This document shows positions 29,115 to 43,300 of a stretch of 64,000 nucleotides of DNA, in pieces. The notes beneath the pieces are model-generated. The model saw only the letters and a program-made list of their open reading frames with translations, searched no databases and was not told the origin of the DNA. The stretch comes from Octopus sinensis (Eukaryota): assembly GCF_006345805.1 (NCBI RefSeq), contig NC_042998.1, positions 31,062,001 through 31,126,000 of the forward strand, written 5' to 3'. Each line of letters begins with the position of its first letter. Positions within the stretch are counted from its first letter, which is position 1. A program made the position numbers and the translations under genes.

Positions 29115-29156
<42 letters not shown>
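28690..29156. repeat. Diverged ~230-bp GA-rich tandem duplication ending in (GA)n
   Basis: TTTTTC.ATAGAGG..AAATGTAAAT...AAAAGAGAGGAACT.TTACAGAGGGT.AGAGAGAATAT occurs at ~28694 and ~28926. Confidence 0.7.
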
Positions 29157-29489
29157 GCTGATCTTAGTTACTGTATGTCTGTTCTATAGGTGAAGGTGAA
29201 AGAAAGTTGGCACAAAGAGAGGGGAAAGTGGAGAGAGAGAGAGATGCTATATGATAATATGTATGTGTGTGTGTGTGTGTGTGTGTGTAGTATTCCACAA
29301 TTGCTATTTATTTCAATCACACTTGTAAATATATTCACGTAACTTTCACTCATTTTTTCATTTAATCCCTGTTTTAATTTTCAAAAAGTTTCCGAGTCAC
29401 AAGAGGCAAGGGGAAAATGGTTAGAACAATATGCAGGAATCAACAATCAAAAAAAGAAAGAGAAAAACGTTTAAAGGATACAAAACAAA

Positions 29490-29840
29490 CACAATGGTTC
29501 TGGGTTCAGTCCTACTGTGTGTCACTTTGGACAAGCATCTTCTAATATAACTTTAAGCCGATCAAAGCCTTGTGAGTGAATTTGGTAGAGGGGAAACTGT
29601 AAGAAGCCCATTATATATATGTATTTGTGTATCTGTGTTTGTCCCCTCCCCACCATTGCTAGACAACCGATGTTGGCATGTTTGCATCCCTGTAACTTAG
29701 TGGTTCAACAAAAGAGACCAATAGAATAAGTACTAGGCTTACAAAGAATAAGTCCTGGGATAGATTTGTTCAACTAAAGGTGGTGCTCCAGCATGTCCAC
29801 AACCAAATGACTGAAACAAGTAAAAGAAATAAAAGAAAAG
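29490..29840 (+). mobile_element. tRNA-derived SINE, head truncated, with CR1-like 3' tail
   Basis: B-box-like GGGTTCAGTCC, then CAAAGCCTTGTGAGTG..TTTGGTAGA, and a tail GGTGCTCCAGCATG.CC...GACTGAAACAAGTAAAAGA matching LINE family A. Confidence 0.8.
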
Positions 29841-29844
29841 TTAT

Positions 29845-32800
29845 TTAACATCCGTTTTCCAGGCTAGCATGGGTTGGATGGTTTTACAGTGACTGGCAAG
29901 ACCAGAAGCTACACCAGGTTCCATTGTCTGTTTCTGGCATGGTTTCTACAGCTGGAGCCCTTCCTAATGTCCACCACTTTACAGAGTGTACTGTGTACTC
30001 TTTATGTGGAATCAGCATCAGTGCTTTTTACCTGGCACCAGCACCAGCTCCTTTTACACAGTACCATTAACAATGCTTTTTCTGATACACCATCATTAGT
30101 GCTTTAAACATGGCACCATCCATCAGAGCATTTTATGTGCCATCAACACCAGTGCTCCAACAAGATTACAAAGTACCTTGCAAGATAAAACCTCCTCAAC
30201 TGAGTGGAGAGAAGGGAGAGTAGAATCGAGGGAGATTTGGTATTATGCCATTTGAGAGATTTCAGGTATAGAAGGGACAGATACAGGTATCTTGCTTTGG
30301 TATTGATAAATAGATACACTAATTGGAAAACAAAGGAGAGTGAGTTACAGAGTAAGATAAAGAGAGAGACCGGGAGAGAGATGATGGCAAAGATGTATTG
30401 GAACATGATCTCAAAGGACGTTGGGGGTGGGGTGAAAATAAGTATGGTGATATAGAAGCTTGGGCTAGGTGAGTGGGCAGGATGAGGTGACTTTAGCAAA
30501 TGCTTGACATATAGCAGAGGCAGTGGGGATTATGGTAGATATGTGAAAGTATTGAGGGTGATAGCAAGAAGTGAGGTGTTGTGATAAGAGAGCAGCACAA
30601 GGAGGGGAGGGAAGGAATAGAAAGGAAGTGATTGGTGAAGACAGTAGATGGGGGAAGAAAGGTAATGGAGTGGGAGGCAAAGAGGAACCGGTGACTGAGA
30701 AACCCAAAGGATATAGTATGTGCCTATTCTGACATCAGGTAAAGAGGAATGTGATGGGTGTTAAATGAAAAGTGGGAGAGGGAGAAGGTTGATAAGGTTG
30801 GAATTACCAAAATGGTTTTAGGATATTAATTTGGTTGTGGATGATGAGTCTTCTTGAGTGAAGCAAAGCACCAGATATCTTAGTCTTTTGCCGCCATCTT
30901 TATAAGGCACAGTGAAATTGGCTTTCAATACTTTGTCCCATATCTTCCTAAGTCTCCTTCTCCTATGAGTTCCAGCCACTTTAAGAGATCACTTCTTTAT
31001 ACAAAAGTCTACATCAATATGCATCACAAGACCAAATATGCACAGTCTTCTCTCTTGTACACTGCATATCATTCCTTTTATACTTTACTTTTCTCTCAAT
31101 ATACTAGTACTTGATTGCACGTGTACATTGACATTGCTCATCCAACAAAGCATACCATCTTCATTCCTGTCTGTCTTCACATGTCCTCTGCATTAAGGGC
31201 TCATGTCTTAATACCATATAGCAATGTTCATATACATGCATCATACAATCTTCCTTTCACTCAGAAAGAGAGTGAACAAGGTTTTTATCTCTGTTGTCTG
31301 ATTGGCAACAGAGATAAAAACCTGTCTGAAATTTCTCCATCTTATTTTAGCAATTACACTTTCAGTAAATTCTACTTCACTGCTAATTAGGTCACCTAGG
31401 TAGCAGAAACCATCTAGTACTTCTAGAGAGCCTCCAAGGCATTTGAGGAAATCAATTTCCTGTAGGCTTTATTGCTCCTGTACATCATCCACATACAAAC
31501 ACTATTTTCTCTGTTAACCTTCCTATTATTTCACTGCACCTCTAGTGTGATCATACCTTGTGCTGAGTACATCAAATCGAATTCCTGACAATACCTTTCC
31601 TACATATTGAGCATATTGAGCAGGGCCTTCAATAGGGTAAGGTCCTGTTTGATTTCATGCTAACTAGGACCTTGGTTTTTGCCAAGTTAACTTAAAGACC
31701 CATTAATCCCAAGTTTTGTTTCCACACCTGGAATTTCTTTTCTAGTTCTGTTACAGATTCTGCTACGAGGGCAAGACCATCAGCACATAGTAGTTCAGAT
31801 GGGCTTCCAGTCTTAAATTCCTCTTATGGCCTGGAGAACGATGATGAATAGAAGGGGGATGAGGACTGAACCATGGTGACCAGCTACCTATACACAAAAT
31901 TCATCACTATATTCATGGTTAATGCTTACATTACTAACAACTTCCCTGTATATGGGATGTACTACTTTCACAAGCCATTTGTATACTCTTAGCTCCCTCG
32001 GTGACCACCCTAACACAGAATGAAGTACCCTGTTAAAAGACTTTCTCCAGATCAACAAATGCTAAATATAATGAATTGTTATTAGCTAAATACTCCTCTT
32101 GCAGTTGCCTAGATATGGAAATAGCATCAGTAGTACTTCTTCCCAGCACAAAGTCTAATTTTGTTTCTAATTAATTAGGCAATAACTATATATCATTTAT
32201 CACTTGGTCCAGTAATTTGATGCTTCTATAATTACTTCTAAGGCATTTCCCTTACCCTTGTAGTCCCTGCCTATGATGGTGCTATACCAGTCACTGTAGA
32301 TTATGCCTTCCTGAATAACCTAATTAATTATATGGGTTATCAGACTGTATCCTACTCTATCAGGTATTTTAAGCAACTCAGCTGTGACTCCTGATAGATC
32401 AGGGGCTTTCTCTGTCTTCATATCTTTAATTGCCTTATCTATCATACTGCAATCTAGGATAGCTGGTCCTTCTCTTGGATTTCCCATTCTTTCACTACAT
32501 TTACTAGTCTTTCATAGTAGCTCTTCCATGCCTCTTTCCTTACAGAATCTGTAAGCACATGCAAACCATTACTCATCCATACACAATTCTCTCTCACAAC
32601 ATCTCGATTCTCTCTGACACACTGCTTAACAATCCAGAACACCTCAAATCTCTGATCTTCATATTGGAAGACACTGACCAACCTCTTTCTGCTTCTGCCC
32701 TAGCAAGATAAATTTGACGCTATCTTCCCTTTTAGCAATCTTATATGGTTCTTTGCAACCCAACTTTTCCACTTTTCACACCCATCTCTTCTCTTTTATG

Positions 32801-33330
32801 GCCCTGTCAACTGCACTGTTTCACCACCATATCACTCTTGGTCAGGTAGAAGCTTTGCTCCAACCACCGGTTTGGTCTGTTGTACTCAGTAGATTGTTTT
32901 ACAAGAACTTCCGGTTGTCCTCTTTATCTTATGTCTCTGTCTCTTCTTTCTCATCAAAGCTTCATTAAGAACACCTGTAAATCTCTGCCTGTCTGAAGGA
33001 ACTTCGAGCTTTCATAACCTTCTTTTCCATATTTGTGCCTCTAGATCCTTCTAGCTCTAAGTTTGAAGTTGCTAATCACAAACCTATGTTGTGTTATACA
33101 TTCTTCACTTGGGAAGGACTTTGTATTCATAAGCATCTGCCTGTTCCTGTTTCTGCTGAGAATATGTTATATGTGTGCATGCACTCAAACTTCCTTCACA
33201 AACGTAGGGGTAAGAGGTGCATGGGGTGGGGTAATGAGATTGAACTGAAATCACACCACTAGATGGTCTTGTATGAAAATTGCCGACAAGAATTGAAAGT
33301 TATTTGCCTGTTGATAGAGAACCCCTATAT
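29845..33330 (-). mobile_element. Old, heavily decayed RTE LINE (antisense in mucin intron)
   Basis: Minus-strand KQCVRENRDVV..NCV..AWKSYYERL (32454-32681) is homologous to the 17651-17780 RTE. Degenerate RT follows, with an RTE-type terminus at 29845-30050. Confidence 0.85.
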
Positions 33331-34324
33331 AGTACCTGTAGGAGAGATAAACAGATTGATAGTAACATGTCCATTATAGAACAGAGAGAAATAGACAGAA
33401 AGAAATAGAGACAATATTATTATTATCATCATTAAGAAATAATTCAGACAGTGAAATTGGCGGGAGAAGGCTTAAGGCCCGAAAGAAAATTTGATACAAT
33501 TATACAGTCACACAAATAAAGAAAGCAACAAAGTTAGACACCATGGAGAAAATAGAATGTATTAATTTCCTTCAATTAGTTTAGTTCAAACTGGCTGTTC
33601 AATATGCTGGTTCAGCCACTTTGACATTAGCTGAGACCATGTGCTTAGGATGTGCTGGGATCCACGACAATATTGGAAAAACAATTAGCCATTTCATTAT
33701 CATCATCATCATCATCCTTACTGTCATTATCATTGAGAATGAGTGAAACTAATGGAAGAACTATCAATATCATCGTCGTCATCATCATCATTATGGTCAA
33801 CATCATCGACAACATCACTTGACTAGCACATCTATAAATATATCCTTCACAGGCCTGTAGAAACCATTCTGACAGTAAGCTCCATATTTAGTAATTGTAA
33901 GAGAGATGGACAAATTAATAGACTCTTTCATAATATCGTAAAAAGAAAGAGAAAGGAAGACAGAAAGAGAAGACATATTACTATACTTAAGAGGTAATAC
34001 ACAAGGAGAGATCCAGATGGGGAATTTATAGCAACCAGAAAAAATGTACACAGCTACATTTGTAACAGATATTGCAAAGGAATTCAGAATTAATCCATAT
34101 ACAGATCAGTAAACTGTCAGGTATCATAAAGTACCATGATGTACTTCAATAATAATTAAGAATCATTCAGAAAATTGAACACGTTTATGAATATATCAAA
34201 ACAAGAAAAAACACAGGGAAGGCAAAAACATTAGTCATAAAAAGCTAATATGTTTCAACAAATGATTTAGTAATGTGCATGAAAACTCATATCATTTTGC
34301 TATGTTCTATATGTACTTATACAG

Positions 34325-37300
34325 AATCAACCACGGCATTTGGGACTTCTGAAGGAACACAAGTAACAACAAAGACAACCAGTTCAACAATACCACCAAC
34401 GTTGACATCTTCAATAACCAGTGCACCAATGACATCAACAAGTGTAACAACACCGTCAACCACTCCACAAATGACAACAACAACAACTGCAACAAGACCA
34501 TTGACTAGTGCACCAACGACATCAACTAGTGCAACATCCTCAACCAGTGCAACATCACCGTCAACCAGTGCACCAACGACATCAACCAGTGCAACAACGT
34601 CCTCAACCAGTGCCCCAACGACATCAACCAGTGCAACAACACCCTCAACCAGTGCAACAACGACATCAACCAGTGCACCAACGACATCAACCAGTGCAAC
34701 AACGTCCTCAACCAGTGCACAAACGACATCAACCAGTGCAACAACAACCTTAACCATTGTGTACAACGACATCAACCAGTGCAGCAACGACATCAACTAG
34801 TGCAAAAAACACCCTCAACCAGTGCAACAACAACAACATCAACCAGTGCAGCAACGACATCACCAGTGCAGCAACGACATCAACCAGTGCAACAACACCC
34901 TCAACAAGTGCAACATCACCATCAACCAGTGCACCAACGACATCAACCACTGCACAAACGACAACAGTTACCGCAACAACACCGTCCACCAGTGTACAAA
35001 CATCATCAACCAGTGCAACAACTCCGTCAGCCAGTACTCCGACATCAACTAGGGCAACAACCACATCAACAAGTGCAGGAACAACAACTATGGAAAATTG
35101 GTCAACCAGTCCAACAACACCATCAACAAGTGCACCGACGACGTCAACCGCTGCAACTACAGCGTCAACCACTGCACAAACTACAACGATTAGCGAAACA
35201 ACACCCTCAACCAGTGCACCAACAACATCAACAAGTGCACAAACGACAACAGTTACCGAAACAACACCGTCAACTAGTACACCAACATCAACCAGTGCAG
35301 CAACGACATCAACCAGTGCAACAACACCCTCAACCAGTGCAACATCACCATCAACCAGTGCACCGACGACATCAACCAGTGCACAAACGACAACAGTTAC
35401 CGCAACAACACCGTCCACCAGTGTACCAACATCATCAACCAGTGCAACAACTCCGTCAGCCAGTACTCCGACATCAACTAGGGCAACAACCACATCAACA
35501 AGTGCAGGAACAACAACTATGGAAAATTGGTCAACCAGTCCAACAACACCATCAACAAGTGCACCGACGACGTCAACCGCTGCAACTACAGCGTCAACCA
35601 CTGCACAAACTACAACGATTAGCGAAACAACACCCTCAACCAGTGCACCACAACATCAACAAGTGCACAAACGACAACAGTTACCGAAACAACACCGTCA
35701 ACTAGTGCACCAACATCAACCAGTGCAGCAACGACATCAACCAGTACAGCAACGACATCAACCAGTGCAACATCACCATCAACCAGTGCACCAACGACAT
35801 CAACCAGTGCACAAACGACAACAGTTACCGCAACAACACCGTCCACCAGTGTACCAACATCATCAACCAGTGCAACAACTCCGTCAGCCAGTACTCCGAC
35901 ATCAACCAGGGCAACAACCACATCAACAAGTGCAGGAACAACAACTATGGAAAATTGGTCAACCAGTGCAACAACACCATCAACAAGTGCACCGACGACG
36001 TCAACCGCTGCAACTACAGCGTCAACCACTGCACAAACTACAACGATTAGCGAAACAACACCCTCAACCAGTGCACCAACAACATCAACAAGTGCACAAA
36101 CGACAACAGTTACCGAAACAACACCGTCAACTAGTGCACCAACATCAACCAGTGCAACAACACCGTCAGCCAGTACTCCGACATCAACCAGGGCAACAAC
36201 CACATCAACAAGTGCAGAAACAACAACTATGGAAAATTGGTCAACCAGTCCAACAACACCATCAACAAGTGCACCAACGACGTCAACCGCTGCAACTACA
36301 GCGTCAACCACTGCACAAACTACAACGATTAGCGAAACAACACCCTCAACCAGTGCACCAACAACATCAACAAGTGCACAAACGACAACAGTTACCGAAA
36401 CAACACCGTCAACCAGTGCAACAACATCAACCAGTGCAACAACACCGTCAGCCAGTACTCCAACGACATCAACCAGTGCACCAACGTCCTCAACCAGCGC
36501 AACAACACCCTCAACCAGTGCAACAACACCCTCAATCAGTGCAACAACACCCTCAACCAGTGCAACAACACCCTCAACCAGTGCCGCAACGACATCAACC
36601 AGTGGAACAACACCCTCAACCAGTGCACCAACGACATCAACCAGTGCAACAACGTCCTCAACCAGTGCCCCAACGACATCAACCAGTGCAACAACACCCT
36701 CAACCAGTGCAACAACGACATCAACCAGTGCACCAACGACATCAACCAGTGCAACAACGTCCTCAACCAGTGCACAAACGACATCAACCAGTGCAACAAC
36801 ACCCTTAACCATTGTAACAACGACATCAACCAGTGCAACAACACCCTCAACCAGTGCAACAACAACATCAACCAGTGCAGTAACGACATCAACCAGTGCA
36901 CCAACGACATCAACCAGTGCACAAACGACAACAGTTACCGCAACAACACCGTCCACCAGTGTACAAACATCATCAACCAGTGCAACAACTCCGTCAGCCA
37001 GTACTCCGACATCAACTAGGGCAACAACCACATCAACAAGTGCAGGAACAACAACTATGGAAAATTGGTCAACCAGTCCAACAACACCATCAACAAGTGC
37101 ACCGACGACGTCAACCGCTGCAACTACAGCGTCAACCAGTGCACAAACTACAACGATTAGCGAAACAACACCCTCAACCAGTGCACCAACAACATCAACA
37201 AGTGCACAAACGACAACAGTTACCGAAACAACACCGTCAACTAGTACACCAACATCAACCAGTGCAGCAACGACATCAACCAGTGCAACAACACCTCAAC

Positions 37301-40300
37301 CAGTGCAACATCACCATCAACCAGTGCACCGACGACATCAACCAGTGCACAAACGACAACAGTTACCGCAACAACACCGTCCACCAGTGTACCAACATCA
37401 TCAACCAGTGCAACAACTCCGTCAGCCAGTACTCCGACATCAACTAGGGCAACAACCACATCAACAAGTGCAGGAACAACAACTATGGAAAATTGGTCAA
37501 CCAGTCCAACAACACCATCAACAAGTGCACCGACGACGTCAACCGCTGCAACTACAGCGTCAACCACTGCACAAACTACAACGATTAGCGAAACAACACC
37601 CTCAACCAGTGCACCAACAACATCAACAAGTGCACAAACGACAACAGTTACCGAAACAACACCGTCAACTAGTGCACCAACATCAACCAGTGCAGCAACG
37701 ACATCAACCAGTACAGCAACGACATCAACCAGTGCAACATCACCATCAACCAGTGCACCAACGACATCAACCAGTGCACAAACGACAACAGTTACCGCAA
37801 CAACACCGTCCACCAGTGTACCAACATCATCAACCAGTGCAACAACTCCGTCAGCCAGTACTCCGACATCAACCAGGGCAACAACCACATCAAGTGCAGG
37901 AACAACAACTATGGAAAATTGGTCAACCAGTGCAACAACACCATCAACAAGTGCACCGACGACGTCAACCGCTGCAACTACAGCGTCAACCGCTGCAACT
38001 ACAGCGTCAACCGCTGCAACTACAGCGTCAACCACTGCACAAACTACAACGATTAGCGAAACAACACCCTCAACCAGTGCACCAACAACATCAACCAGTG
38101 CACAAACGACAACAGTTACCGAAACAACACCGTCAACTAGTGCACCAACATCAACCAGTGCAACAACACCGTCAGCCAGTACTCCGACATCAACCAGGGC
38201 AACAACCACATCAACAAGTGCAGGAACAACAACTATGGAAAATTGGTCAACCAGTCCAACAACACCATCAACAAGTGCACCAACGACGTCAACCGCTGCA
38301 ACTACAGCGTCAACCACTGCACAAACTACAACGATTAGCGAAACAACACCCTCAACCAGTGCACCAACAACATCAACAAGTGCACAAACGACAACAGTTA
38401 CCGAAACAACACCGTCAACCAGTGCAACAACACCCTCAACCAGTGCAACAACACCCTCAACCAGTGCAACAACACCCTCAACCAGTGCAACAACACCCTC
38501 AACCAGTGCAACAACACCCTCAACCAGTGCAACAACACCCTCAACCAGTGAAGCAACGATATCAACCAGTGCAACAACATCCGCAACAAGTGCTACAACA
38601 CCCTCAACCAGTGCCCCAACGACATCAACCAGTGCAACAACACCCTCAACCAGTGCAACAACGACATCAACCAGTGCACAAACGACATCAACCAGTGCAA
38701 CAACGTCCTCAACCAGTGCCCCAACGACATCAACCAGTGCAACAACACCCTCAACCAGTGCAACAACGACATCAACCAGTGCAACAACGTCCTCAACCAG
38801 TGCACAAACGACATCAACCAGTGCAACAACACCCTTAACCATTGTAACAACGACATCAACCAGTGCAGCAACCACATCAACTAGTGCAACAACACCCTCA
38901 ACCAGTGCAACAACAACATCAACCAGTGCAGCAACGACATCAACCAGTGCAGCAACGACATCAACCAGTGCAACAACACCCTCAACAAGTGCAACATCAC
39001 CATCAACCAGTGCACCAACGACATCAACCAGTGCACAAACGACAACAGTTACCGCAACAACACCGTCCACCAGTGTACAAACATCATCAACCAGTGCAAC
39101 AACTCCGTCAGCCAGTACTCCGACATCAACCAGGGTAACAACCACATCAACAAGTGCAGGAACAACAACTATGGAAAATTGGTCAACCAGTCCAACAACA
39201 CCATCAACAAGTGCACCGACGACGTCAACCGCTGCAACTACAGCGTCAACCACTGCACAAACTACAACGATTAGCGAAACAACACCCTCAACCAGTGCAC
39301 CAACAACATCAACAAGTGCACAAACGACAACAGTTACCGAAACAACACCGTCAACTAGTACACCAACATCAACAAGTGCAGCAACGACATCAACTAGTGC
39401 AACAACACCCTCAACCAGTGCAACATCACCATCAACCAGTGCACCGACGACATCAACCAGTGCACAAACGACAACAGTTACCGCAACAACACCGTCCACC
39501 AGTGTACCAACATCATCAACCAGTGCAACAACTCCGTCAGCCAGTACTCCGACGTCAACTAGGGCAACAACCACATCAACAAGTGCAGGAAAGGAACAAC
39601 AACTATGGAAAATTGGTCAACCAGTCAAACAACACCATCAACAAGTGCACCGACGACGTCAACCGCTGCAACTACAGCGTCAACCACTGCACAAACTACA
39701 ACGATTAGCGAAACAACACCCTCAACCAGTGCACCAACAACATCAACAAGTGCACAAACGACAACAGTTACCGAAACAACACCGTCAACTAGTGCACCAA
39801 CATCAACCAGTGCAGCAACGACATCAACCAGTACAGCAACGACATCAACCAGTGCAACATCACCATCAACCAGTGTACCAACGACATCAACCACTGCACA
39901 AACGACAATAGTTACCGCAACAACACCGTCCACCAGTGTACCAACATCATCAACCAGTGCAACAACTCCGTCAGCCAGTACTCCGACATCAACCAGGGCA
40001 ACAACCACATCAACAAGTGCAGGAACAACAACTATGGAAAATTGGTCAACCAGTGCAACAAAACCATCAACAAGTGCACCGACGACGTCAACCGCTGCAA
40101 CTACAGCGTCAACCACTGCACAAACTACAACGATTAGCGAAACAACACCCTCAACCAGTGCACTAACAACATCAACAAGTGCACAAACGACAACAGTTAC
40201 CGAAACAACACCGTCAACTAGTGCACCAACATCAACCAGTGCAACAACACCGTCAGCCAGTACTCCGACATCAACCAGGGCAACAACCACATCAACAAGT

Positions 40301-43300
40301 GCAGGAACAACAACTATGGAAAATTGGTCAACCAGTCCAACAACACCATCAACAAGTGCACCAACGACGTCAACCGCTGCAACTACAGCGTCAACCACTG
40401 CACAAACTACAACGATTAGCGAAACAACACCCTCAACCAGTGCACCAACAACATCAACAAGTGCACAAACGACAACAGTTACCGAAACAACACCGTCAAC
40501 CAGTGCAACCACATCAACCAGTGCAACAACACCGTCAGCCAGTACTCCAACGACATCAACCAGCGCAACAACACCCTCAACCAGTGCAACAACACCCTCA
40601 ACCAGTGCAACAACACCCTCAACCAGTGCAACAGCACCCTCAACCAGTGCACCGACGACATCAACCAGTGCACCAACGTCCTCAACCAGTGCAACAACAC
40701 CCTCAACCAGTGCAACGACACCCTCAACCAGTGCAACTACACCCTCAACCAGTGCAACAGCAACCTCAACCAGTGCACCGACGACATCAACCAGTGCCCC
40801 AACAACATCCACCAGTGCTCCGACATCAACCAGTGCAACAACACCCTCAACTAGTGCTCCAACAACATCAACCAGTGCAGCAACGACATCAACCAGTGCA
40901 ACAACACCCTCAACCAGTGCACCAACGACATCAACAAGTGCACAAACGACAAAAGTTACCGAAACAACACCGTCAACTAGTGCACCAACATCAACCAGTG
41001 CAACAACACCGTCAGCCAGTACTCCGACATCAACCAGGGCAACAACCACATCAACAAGTGCAGGAACAACAACTATGGAAAATTGGTCAACCAGTCCAAC
41101 AACACCATCAACAAGTGCACTGACGACGTCAACTGCTGCAACTACAGCGTCAACCACTGCACAAACTACAACGATTAGCGAAACAACACCCTCAACCAGT
41201 GCACCAACAACATCAACAAGTGCACAAACGACAACAGTTACCGAAACAACACCGTCAACTAGTGCACCAACATCAACCAGTGCAGCAACGACATCAACCA
41301 GTGCAACAACACCCTCAACCACTGCAACATCACCATCAACTAGTGCACCAACGACATCAACCAGTGCACAAACGACAACAGTTATCGTAACAACACCGTC
41401 CACCAGTGTACCAACATCATCAACCAGTGCAACAACTCCGTCAGCCAGTACTCCGACATCAACCAGGGCAACAACCACATCAACAAGTGCAGGAACAACA
41501 ACTATGGAAAATTGGTCAACCAGTCCAACAACACCATCAACAAGTGCACCGACGACGTCAACCGCTGCAACTACAGCGTCAACCACTGCACAAACTACAA
41601 CGATTAGCGAAACAACACCCTCAACCAGTGCACCAACAACATCAACAAGTGCACAAACGACAACAGTTACCGAAACAACACCGTCAAGCAGTGCAACAAC
41701 ACCGTCAGCCAGTACTCCAACGACATCAACCAGTGCACCAACGTCCTCAACCAGTGCAACAACACCCTCAACCAGTGCAACAACACCCTCAACCAGTGCA
41801 ACTACACCCTCAACCAGTGCAACAACACCCTCAACCAGTGCAACAGCACCCTCAACCAGTGCACCGACGACATCAACCAGTGCAGTAACGTCCTCAACCA
41901 GTGCAACGACACCCTCAACCAGTGCAACTACACCCTCAACCAGTGCAACAGCACCCTCAACCAGTGCAACAACACCCTCAACCAGTGCAACTACACCCTC
42001 AACCAGTGCAACAGCACCCTCAACCAGTGCACCGACGACATCAACCAGTGCACCGACGACATCAACCAGTGCAACAACACCCTCAACCAGCGCAACAATA
42101 ACGTCAACCAGTATAACAACTACTGCGTCAACACCAGTCCTAACAACCACACCACTTGCAACAACTACCACCGCGACGCCACAAACGACATCATCAAGCA
42201 GTGCAACAACTACATCAACTGGTCCTACAACACCGTCAACCAGTGCAATAACGACATCAACCAGTGCAACATCACCGTCTACCAGTGCACCAACGACATC
42301 AACCAGTGCCCCAACGACATCAACCAGTGCAACAACACCCTCAACCAGTGCAGCAACGACATCAACCAGTGCAGCAACATCAACTAGTGGAACAACATCC
42401 TCAACCAGTGCAACAACACCATCATCCAGTGCACCAACATTAACAAGCGCAACAACACCCTCAACTAGTGCCCCAACGACATCAACCAGTGCACAAACGA
42501 CATCAACCAGTGCAACAACACCCTCAACTAGTGCACCGACGACGTCAACCAGTGCAACAACACCGTCAACAAGTGCACCAACGACATCAACCAGTGGAAC
42601 GACACAATCAACCACAGCACAAACGACAGCAGTTACCGCAACAACACCGTCAACCAGTGCAACAACACCGTCAGCCAGTACTCCAACATCAACCAGGGCA
42701 ACAACCACCTCAACAAGTGCAGGAACAACAACTATGGAAAATTGGTCAACCAGTCCAACAACACCATCAACAAGTGCACCGACGACATCAACCGGTACAA
42801 CTACAGCGTCAACCACAGCACAAACTACAACAATTAGCGAAACAACACAGTCAACCAGTCCAACAGCACCATCAACCAGTGCACAAACGACAACAGTTAC
42901 CGCAACAACAACGTCAACCAGTGCAACAACAACATCAACAAGTGCACCAACATCAACCAGTGCTCCAACGACATCAACCAGTGCAGCAACGCCCTTATCC
43001 AGTACAACAAAATCCTCAACTAGTGTAACAACACCTCCAACCATTGCAACATCACCGTCAACCAGTAAACCAACGACACCAACCAGTGCTCCAACGACAT
43101 CAACCAGTGCACAAACGACAACAGTTACTGCAACAACACCCTCAACCAGTGCACAAACCACATCAACAAGTGCAACTGCACCCTCAACCATTGCAACGAC
43201 AACAATACCCGAAACATCGTCAAGCAGTGCACCAACATCTTCAACAGGTGCACCGACGACGTCAACCAGTGCAACACCGTCAACAAGTGCAACAACGACA

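Noticed and set aside
33853-33874. Possible extra micro-exon (CACAG|GCCTGTAGAAACCATTCTGACA|GTAAGC)
   Set aside because: Neither available acceptor gives a phase 1-1 exon compatible with its neighbours.
34273-34324. ATG at 34273 as mucin start
   Set aside because: It lies in the pyrimidine tract before a good acceptor and gives a poor signal peptide. The upstream spliced model fits better.
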